Assembly (NCBI GenBank): GCA_028534125.1
Contig: CM052837.1
Span: 21,948,001-22,012,000, forward strand
Source of the DNA: Lama glama
Lineage: Eukaryota
Direction of reading: 5' to 3'
DNA length: 64,000 nt
Position 1 is the first letter of the stretch; every line of letters starts with the position of its first letter. The translations under genes were made by a program, and so were the position numbers. Positions 62,907 through 64,000 of the stretch are shown piece by piece. Below the pieces are notes generated by a model, which was not told the origin of the DNA, ran no database searches, and was given only the letters and a program-made list of their open reading frames with translations.

Positions 62907-63050
62907 GGGAGTCAGGGTCTAGTTTGGTGGTAGAGCGCATGCTTAGCGTGCATGAGGTCCTGGGCTCAGTCCTCAGTACCTCCATTAAAACAAATAAATA
63001 AAAACCTAGTTACCATCTCTCCCCCCTCCACAAAAAAGAAATTTTAAAAA
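62907..63050 (+). mobile_element. Camelid tRNA-derived SINE (vic-1-like)
   Basis: ggtggtagagcgcatgcttagcgtgcatgaggtcctgggctcagtcctcagtacctccattaaa with an A-rich tail; TSD-like aaagatgtaatgg / aaagatgcgattgg. Confidence 0.9.
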
Positions 63051-63409
63051 AAGATGCGATTGGGGAACGGGGAGTTTCTCATTTCTATCTGGAATGTTTA
63101 CTTTCTTAAAAAAAAAATGAAGCCAATGTAACAAAATAGTATTTGTTAAATCTGAGTGGTGAGTATGGAGTTTTGTTATATTATTCCCTTTACTTACATA
63201 AATATTTGCAATAAGCCAAATGAATTAACCTTAAAGTAACACATGCTCACAGTAAAAATTCAATAAGGAAAGCACAAAGCTGAAAATAAAAAACTTCTGA
63301 ACTTCTACTATGGATAGCCCATACAGTCATATATATAGTATGTATACAATTCAACAAAAATACTATATTTTATAAAATGCTCATCTCAATAAAAGAAATC
63401 AACATGTAA

Positions 63410-63585
63410 TTACATGTAGTTTAGTGGTTAAAAGTTTAGTGTCTGTAATCCAATGGCTTGGGTTCAGAATCCATCTCTGTCACTTAATGATTTGATTCCT
63501 CTCCGACCCTCAGTTTTCCCATCTGCAAAATAGGAGTAATGACAGTATTCATTATTCATTCATCATTCATCATTCATTCATCATT
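63410..63585 (+). mobile_element. MIR fragment followed by (ATTC/ATC)n
   Basis: ttgggttcagaatcc...cctcagttttcccatctgcaaaataggagtaatgacagta, then ttcattcatcattcatc. Confidence 0.75.
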
Positions 63586-64000
63586 ATATAAATTCAATAA
63601 TCCAATAAAGCAGATAACCAGACACATAGTAGAACTTGTGTTTTTTAATCTAACTTTGTAAATGAGATTGACCCATAGAACTCAATATAAGATAGTAATC
63701 ATTACTATTTTTGAGCCAACCCATGCCATCTTAGATATAAGGCATAGTACAGATATTCTGGAAGAGAGCAGAGTTTTTGCCAGTGTCTGGGAAAAAGAGT
63801 ATGACAGATCAGATTGAAGGGGTCCTTCATATAGAGAAATCACAGTCTTGATTGGACTTAAGCCCTCTAGATCAGCCGTCAGCTCTCAGTGGGGTCCAAG
63901 TGTTGGGGCTTGATATGTGAGAAGAGGACTGGTGACCTTCCATAGGACTCTCCTCCGTCATCCCATGATTGATGTTCCCCAGACCAGGTTCTTGTAAACT

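Noticed and set aside
1-64000. CRISPR arrays, operons or other prokaryotic systems
   Set aside because: The sequence is mammalian, with no regularly spaced repeats or gene-dense organisation.

Overview
Mammalian genomic DNA, most likely camelid (camel or alpaca), inferred from four copies of a short tRNA-derived SINE of the vic-1 type and cetartiodactyl-type L1 3' ends. It comes from a draft assembly with 12 internal N gaps. I find no supportable protein-coding exon or RNA gene: the listed ORFs come from repeats, low-complexity sequence or N-runs. The window looks intergenic or deep-intronic. It is dense in old repeats (MIR, L2, L1M, MLT1/MLT2, LTR16/LTR33, MER5/MER58 hAT elements), two ERV1-type solo LTRs and young SINEs, with repeat-free candidate enhancers and several CTCF-like motifs between them. 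The best observations are: (1) a 71-bp templated insertion at 29510-29580 joining two nearby segments in permuted order through a 4-bp microhomology; (2) a MIR at ~17.8 kb with strongly AT-to-GC-biased changes inside a CpG-rich island, a candidate GC-biased gene conversion tract; (3) two retrotransposons inserted at the same target site, leaving a triplicated TSD (56.2-56.6 kb); (4) a twin-primed inverted L1 with two younger L1 3' ends nested in its tail (39.3-41.5 kb); (5) a speculative degraded env-like coding fossil at 12.2-13.6 kb. Repeat family names are from recall of consensus sequences, not from a search, and boundaries are approximate.
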